The notes under the pieces were generated by a model that saw nothing but the letters and a program-made list of their open reading frames with translations, searched no databases and was not told where the DNA came from. A DNA stretch of 62,977 nt, the filler included, from Thraustochytrium aureum (taxonomy: Eukaryota), in the NCBI GenBank assembly GCA_012862495.1. It is 7 parts of 4 records of this genome, joined end to end, with 100 filler letters (N's around TTAATTAATTAA, not from the genome) between each part and the next. Parts side by side here need not be neighbours in the genome. Positions count along the whole stretch, not along the records: positions 52,984 to 62,977 come from BLSG01000447.1; 6 more parts are not named here. One strand, given 5' to 3'. Of the stretch, positions 59,412 through 62,977 are shown one piece after another. Numbering within the stretch: position 1 is the first letter of the stretch; the number at the start of each line of letters is the position of its first letter. A program made the translations under genes and the position numbers.

Positions 59412-60953
59412 CTAAGCATCCTCCTCCTCGTCAGAATCAACAAGAACGACGCAGTCTGCTAGCCCTCCGCCGGCCGCAGCAAGCGGGGCAGAGTCCTGAG
59501 CCGCCGCCGACGACTCTGACGGTGCGCTCGAAGCGGCCTCTTCGCCATTCTTAGCGGGCGATTCGCGCTTGCGCTTGCCTGAAGCAGATGCCTTCTGCTC
59601 GTCTGCGTCCTCGCTCTTGACGCGCCAGGTGCCGTCCTTCAACAGCTCAATGTGGCTAGCCTCCTCGTCTTCGGCGAGCTCCCAAAGCACGTTCTCAAAC
59701 CAGCTGTCGATAACGATCTCACTGGGCGAATGCACCTTTTTGTCGCACACGAAGCAACGCCACTTGGCATTCTTCGCCTTTCGTTGAAAGGTGAAAAAGT
59801 TCTCCGCGTCAAAGCACTGCGCGTGCGTGCAAAACACTGTCTTGGCAGGAACGTGGATGCGCCTCCACAGCACTGGGTCGCGCAGGCTTATCACCATATC
59901 CTCGCACTCGACCTCGCCGTCCCCGAAAAGGGCAAGGTTGCTCTTGAGGCTCTCGTCCGCCGACTTGCGCTTCATCGAAGCCATCATCGCCTCGGGCGAA
60001 ACCTCCCGCGCAAGCACCACGCTTGCTACCCAGACGGGCGGCGTGGGCCCGGCGCGGGACTGCTCCTCTGGTGTCAGGTGGGGCAGGATGTACTTGATCG
60101 AGTTGTTCTCGCGGAACGACAACCGCGGGAGGATGTTGCAAGGCCGCTCCAGCAGCGCCTTGTTTCTGTGCCGACCGTCCACACACTGCTGGACGATTTC
60201 CACGGGGCGCGAGTTTACGCACATCCCGATCGCTGGCGGCCACATGTGCTTGGGCCGCCCGTCCTCGCGCTCGGCTTTCAGGTTGGTGCAGTAAACCAGG
60301 ACGCGATGGTTTTGCGTGTCTGGGTGCAGTCGGTTGAACGACTGGGCATGGTGCGTCATGTCGATGCGGATAAGGAAGTCATGGCCTTGTGTAATCACCG
60401 AGCAATCGTACAACACTGCTGTCACTTCATGGAACGGGTCGCTCTCGGCTACTTGGCGCAAAACCCTCGCGCCCTCCTCGAACACGTCTGTCGCAGGCTG
60501 CGGAGGGTGGCTCTGCAATGACAACAAGCTCTGCCGCATGAATGCGTCCGCATGGTCGCTTTGTCCCCCGAACACGTCCATTCCCATTATGTCGGGGCCC
60601 GTCGGGGGCATCTGCGGCAGCCCCAAGTGGCCGTGGAGATTTCCAAACCCAGTGCTGCTGCTCACAGCGCCCGTCCTTGCGAAGCTTGGCATGGCGGCGT
60701 TTGCCGACGAGCTGTTCCCAAATCCGGCCATCTGGCCAGCGCGCCCACCATTCATCGCGCCGAGAGGCTGCCGGAGCTGCTTGACGGCCTGGAGAAGGTC
60801 GTCAGGCGAGCCGGACCTTTCGGCATACTTTACCAGCCGTGTGACGAGTGCGACCTTATTCCCCGACACCTTTTGCGCGTGGTTGCGCAAGAGGGTTTTA
60901 AGCTCGGAGACTCTGAGCCGCAGTAGCATGCTCTCCAGCTCGCTTTCTGACAT
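59412..60953 (-). CDS. SIZ/PIAS-type E3 SUMO ligase (SAP + SP-RING/MIZ)
   Basis: SAP LRVSELKTLLRNHAQKVSGNKVALVTRL; PINIT-like WPP; SP-RING ISLRDP..RIHVPAK..CTHAQCFD..WRCFVC; C-terminal SIM VVLVDSDEEE. Confidence 0.92.
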   Translation of the reverse strand: MSESELESMLLRLRVSELKTLLRNHAQKVSGNKVALVTRLVKYAERSGSPDDLLQAVKQLRQPLGAMNGGRAGQMAGFGNSSSANAAMPSFARTGAVSSSTGFGNLHGHLGLPQMPPTGPDIMGMDVFGGQSDHADAFMRQSLLSLQSHPPQPATDVFEEGARVLRQVAESDPFHEVTAVLYDCSVITQGHDFLIRIDMTHHAQSFNRLHPDTQNHRVLVYCTNLKAEREDGRPKHMWPPAIGMCVNSRPVEIVQQCVDGRHRNKALLERPCNILPRLSFRENNSIKYILPHLTPEEQSRAGPTPPVWVASVVLAREVSPEAMMASMKRKSADESLKSNLALFGDGEVECEDMVISLRDPVLWRRIHVPAKTVFCTHAQCFDAENFFTFQRKAKNAKWRCFVCDKKVHSPSEIVIDSWFENVLWELAEDEEASHIELLKDGTWRVKSEDADEQKASASGKRKRESPAKNGEEAASSAPSESSAAAQDSAPLAAAGGGLADCVVLVDSDEEEDA

Positions 60954-62358
60954 CGTGGAGTCGTTTTCGGGTTTGGGGACAGGCGGCTGCGCTGCTCTTG
61001 CCTGGACCAGCCAGCCGGCGCTTTGGAGTCAGGGCCTCACTCCCGCAAGCCCCTCGTTCTGGTTGGGCTCACCGGGTTCACAGGCTGGTGAGAGCCTCGT
61101 CCGCCGCGCAGGCCGCCTCGGCTTGCCAACGGCACACACCAACACCTGGCGCTAGCGCAGCTGACACAACCTCGGAGCTCGCGACGACGCAGTTACGTCG
61201 ACGCTGGCACCACCCGGCCACTAGTCTGTGCCGTGGCGGTCTATGTCGGCAAGGCCAGGCAGGCGTGAGGCTGTCAGCCACTGCTGTGGTGCTCACGCGT
61301 TCTGCCAGTGTATTCCTCGCTGCGTCTGCCCGCCGCCCGTCCAGCGCCTCCCTGCCGCGGCTTACTTCCCGTTACGTCTCGTCGTGGCGCGGCTCGCCCA
61401 GCGCGCTCCAGCCTGTCGCGCCTTGGGCGCCTCGCCCTTGCGGCGCAGCGCTCCTTCCGCTGGGGCCAGAGCTGCCACGCCGCGCGAGAGAGCGCCTGCG
61501 AACCAAAAAGGAAAAGCCAAGCCCGCCCGCCAGCCCTCGGCGAAGGGCCTGCTGGCGCGGGTGCGCGCGCGCGCAACCAGGGCGTGGCTGCTGAGTGCTC
61601 GAGTACCCGAGCGCGACTGCTCCCGCGCGCTCTCCTGCGCGCGCTCGCCCACTGGCCTCTTGGCGTTGTGTCTCTGCGGAGGCGCTGCTTGTCGTGGTCC
61701 CTGCGCTTGATCGCAGTGTCTGGTCTTGGGTTCGATTCTGCAGGGCCACCTCACTTTTCGTTCCAGCTCCGCGACGAGGATGAATGCGCTCATCATCATC
61801 ACCGGCCGAGCCAGCACAGCCTCGCCGACGCGACGGAATGAGCGAAGCGCTTGCCAGGCTTTATTCTGCTCTGCGCTGCGCTGCGCTGCTCCGGCGGGGC
61901 TGAGCGAGATATTTGTGTCGCGGGTTTTGAGCCCAGCAGAGCGTTCGCGCTTTGTTGTGCGTGGTTGTGGCGCATGCAATTGTTCGAGGTCTTGGAGATG
62001 CCCGATGCGATGGAGGCGCGATCGACGTGGCAGCCGAGACACAAGAAGCAATTCAGTCTGCACTGTGGTTTTTGATTGAAAGAAAAGAGATTGATTCATT
62101 CATGATTTGGTTGGAGGCGCGTTGAGCTGTTTGTTTGGTGCGATGAGTTGCGAACGCGGCCCAAAGGAAAGCGAGCTCTTTAGACCTTGCCGAGTCCAGC
62201 TCCGACTCGCGCCTCGGCCAACTGATTGCCCGCATCGCACGTCACGTGACAGGAGGGTGGAGGACAGTCACGTCCCGTGGCCGACTCTACCCAGACGACG
62301 AGCTGGCCCGGCGCGCAATGCACTCGTTCCTTGAAAAGCCGCAAGCACGCCCTACCTA

Positions 62359-62977
62359 TCACAAAAGCTTGCGAGCGTTGCCGAAGAGGAAGCGAGGGGA
62401 GACACACATGGCAGTGAGCATGCCGCCAGCTGCTGCGCCCATCACGCCGCACGTCATGACGTCCTGGCCGCTCAAATACAAGCCCGGAATCGGGGTCGTG
62501 GGAGAGAGGTGCTCGGCCGACACGCGAAACCGCTCGGGGGTGTGGGCCAGGCCGTACACAGCGCCGCGGTGCGTGCCCAAGTAGTAGTCATTGGTGAGAG
62601 CCGTACCCAGGTCCATGTACTCAATCTTGTCCTTGAGGTGCGGGTACTGGCGCAGGAAGACGGCGAGAAGCTGCTCCGTCAGCTTCTTCTTGACACCCTG
62701 ATACTCATCGCCACGATGCTTGACGCGGCCGTCCGCAAACCGCGCCACAGTGTCGTAGTAGCACGGCCCAATCACAAGGGCAACCTGCTTGTTCGGACAG
62801 CGGATCTTGTAGTGCGGGTCCTTGGCGGAGCTGAACGAGGCAAACACCGCTGGCAGGGGCTTGCTGAGGTGGTCCTTCTGGTAGTCCTCCACGTTGGCGG
62901 CGTGGTCCCACGAGGGAAACACCCACTGGTTGCTCTTGGGCAGCTCGAGCTCCTCGGCCGTGCCGCGCAGGCCCACG
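62359..62977 (-). CDS. Retinol saturase/phytoene desaturase-like oxidoreductase, C-terminal part
   Basis: SFSSAKDP, GTALTNDYYL..GAVYGLAHTPERF, TPIPGLYLSGQD..GVMGA; runs off the window end. Confidence 0.88.
   Translation of the reverse strand, partial: VGLRGTAEELELPKSNQWVFPSWDHAANVEDYQKDHLSKPLPAVFASFSSAKDPHYKIRCPNKQVALVIGPCYYDTVARFADGRVKHRGDEYQGVKKKLTEQLLAVFLRQYPHLKDKIEYMDLGTALTNDYYLGTHRGAVYGLAHTPERFRVSAEHLSPTTPIPGLYLSGQDVMTCGVMGAAAGGMLTAMCVSPRFLFGNARKLL

Noticed and set aside
61697..61750. GGTTCGATTC B-box/tRNA-like motif
   Set aside because: No cloverleaf, D arm or anticodon arm; only a simple hairpin.

Overview
GC-rich, gene-dense, intron-poor eukaryotic (protist) DNA. It is a concatenation of about 7 contigs joined by artificial ~100-nt linkers (N44-TTAATTAATTAA-N44 at ~4925, 6497, 11403, 40327, 50314, 52884), with many internal N gaps and single-base, mostly homopolymer, frameshifts that look like sequencing errors. 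A heterotrophic stramenopile such as a thraustochytrid would fit, but that is inference only. Recognisable genes: soluble adenylyl cyclase-like STAND protein, the internal region of a Ty1/copia retrotransposon, a WRN/EXD-type exonuclease with C2H2 fingers, two TBC GAPs (one Bub2-like), an EF-hand/RGS protein, a PARP-like/TLDc protein, an HS2ST-like sulfotransferase, neutral sphingomyelinase, an MFS transporter, ovothiol synthase OvoA, three kinases (AGC, PSTAIRE CDK, STK32-like), Fe-ADH, RabGGTase alpha, XRN2, a SIZ/PIAS SUMO ligase and a RetSat-like oxidoreductase. The most notable signal is largely missed by the ORF track: two paralogous LRR genes built from phase-2 exon-plus-intron cassettes with 84-nt exons (one 28-aa LRR per exon, mutually homologous introns), one of them pseudogenised. 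Also notable are an RGS domain inserted inside a calcineurin-B/NCS-like EF-hand sensor and a divergent THAP-like ORF.
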